DNA of 58,733 bases from Pseudolabrys sp. (GTDB taxonomy: Bacteria > Pseudomonadota > Alphaproteobacteria > Rhizobiales > Xanthobacteraceae): positions 1-58,733 of the forward strand of contig JBPCQM010000025.1 in the NCBI GenBank assembly GCA_050998115.1, given 5' to 3'. The translations under genes were made by a program, and so were the position numbers. Every line of letters begins with the position of its first letter. The first letter of the stretch is position 1. This document shows positions 57,846 to 58,733 of this stretch, in pieces. Below the pieces are notes generated by a model. It did not search any database. It saw only the letters and a program-made list of their open reading frames with translations, and was not told the origin of the DNA.

Positions 57846-58433
57846 TTATTGCGCCGGTTCGTCCTTAAGTCGGGCAAAAAGCAAGTGATCGGCCCAAACA
57901 CCGTTGATGCAAAGATACTGCTTCGCATAGCCTTCGCGCCGGAAGCCGGTCTTTTTCAGCAGTGCGACCGATGCCGCGTTGTCGGGGATGCAGGCCGCTT
58001 CCAGCCGGTGCAGCCGCAGCGAGCCGAATGCGAAGGGAATAAGCGCCCGCACCGCCGCGCTCATATGGCCGCGCCGCGTGAACGGCGCGCCGATCCAGTA
58101 TCCGATGCTGCCGGCCTGCGCGACGCCGCGTCGCAGATTGGCGAGCGTGAGGCCGCCGATCAGGACATTGTCTTGCGCGCGGAAAATCAGGAACGCGTAA
58201 GCCTGGTCGGTGCGTTGATCCTCGACATAGCGTTTGAGCCTGCGTCGAAACGCGCCCCGGGTGAGATCGTCGGCCGGCCAGATCGGCTCCCAGGGTGTGA
58301 GGAAAGCGCGGCTGGCTTCCCGCAATTCCGCCCATTCGGAAAAATCTGTCATTTGCGGCGTGCGCAAGATCACGCCATCTCCGGTGATAGCCGGGGCCGG
58401 CTCGTTCATCGTAACGCTGCGGAAAAACGCCAT
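57846..58433 (-). CDS. rimJ: RimJ/RimL-family N-acetyltransferase
   Basis: SRAFLTPWEPIW, IGYWIG, LHRLEAACIPDN and YLCINGVWADH. Confidence 0.85.
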   Translation of the reverse strand: MAFFRSVTMNEPAPAITGDGVILRTPQMTDFSEWAELREASRAFLTPWEPIWPADDLTRGAFRRRLKRYVEDQRTDQAYAFLIFRAQDNVLIGGLTLANLRRGVAQAGSIGYWIGAPFTRRGHMSAAVRALIPFAFGSLRLHRLEAACIPDNAASVALLKKTGFRREGYAKQYLCINGVWADHLLFARLKDEPAQ

Positions 58434-58471
58434 ATTCAACAATCGCGTTGCGGGATCGCCCGGCGCCGTGG

Positions 58472-58733
58472 TCATGCCGCGCGGCGCGCGAGACTTTCCG
58501 CGATTGCCGCGGTGCTTTCAAGGCCGCTGCCGGGCCCCAGCGCGGCAATGGCCGGACGTCCGCGCCCGATCATAGCGCGGCCGGCGGCCCGCGCGCTCTC
58601 GACCGTCACCGCCTCGACCTTGGCGACGATTTCGGCGAGCGGCATCGGCCGCCCAAAAATCATCATCTGGCGGGCGAGTTGCTCGGCGCGTGCCCCCGAG
58701 CTTTCCAGCGCCATCAGCAGGCCGGCTTTCATC
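58472..58733 (-). CDS. M16 (pitrilysin-like) peptidase, C-terminal part (truncated by the window)
   Basis: KAGLLMALESSGARAEQLARQ...VEAVT; position upstream of rimJ. Confidence 0.75.
   Translation of the reverse strand, partial: MKAGLLMALESSGARAEQLARQMMIFGRPMPLAEIVAKVEAVTVESARAAGRAMIGRGRPAIAALGPGSGLESTAAIAESLARRAA

Overview
A 58.7 kb high-GC chromosomal window from an alphaproteobacterium; gene order and REP-type repeats point to Hyphomicrobiales (Xanthobacteraceae/Nitrobacteraceae-like, inferred). Most of it is core or metabolic. Left to right: a PdhS-like cell-cycle kinase, a DUF1194 gene, asmA, potGHI, two tandem CheY-like receivers, glpD, a malonate-type TRAP transporter with malonyl-CoA decarboxylase, and a catabolic cluster (CoA-transferase, TPP enzyme, M24 peptidase, msrB, Bug receptor, decayed tartrate-dehydratase-like gene). 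Next come a patch of tiny orphan ORFs, TauD and DUF992 genes, and a 1894-aa RTX repeat protein downstream of tRNA-Phe. The conserved murA-hisD-maf-yacG block follows, interleaved with extra metabolic genes, then tRNA-Thr, ilvD/edd, hemA, a symporter-kinase/LuxR two-component pair, the F0 atp operon, rimJ and part of an M16 peptidase. I saw no integrase, transposase, CRISPR array or defence system. The most interesting observations are (1) the orphan giant RTX gene, whose upstream region holds an inverted repeat, a 14-15 bp tandem array and a hairpin next to the RBS, (2) two Cle-like receivers with an altered c-di-GMP motif, (3) a signal-peptide-less ModA-fold protein coupled to murA, (4) a dioxygenase at the usual infA position, and (5) small ORFs with DnaA/CcrM/CtrA-type motifs and a Zn-ribbon microprotein. 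Several single-base frameshifts look like long-read assembly errors. All calls come from motif recognition by eye; no searches were run.
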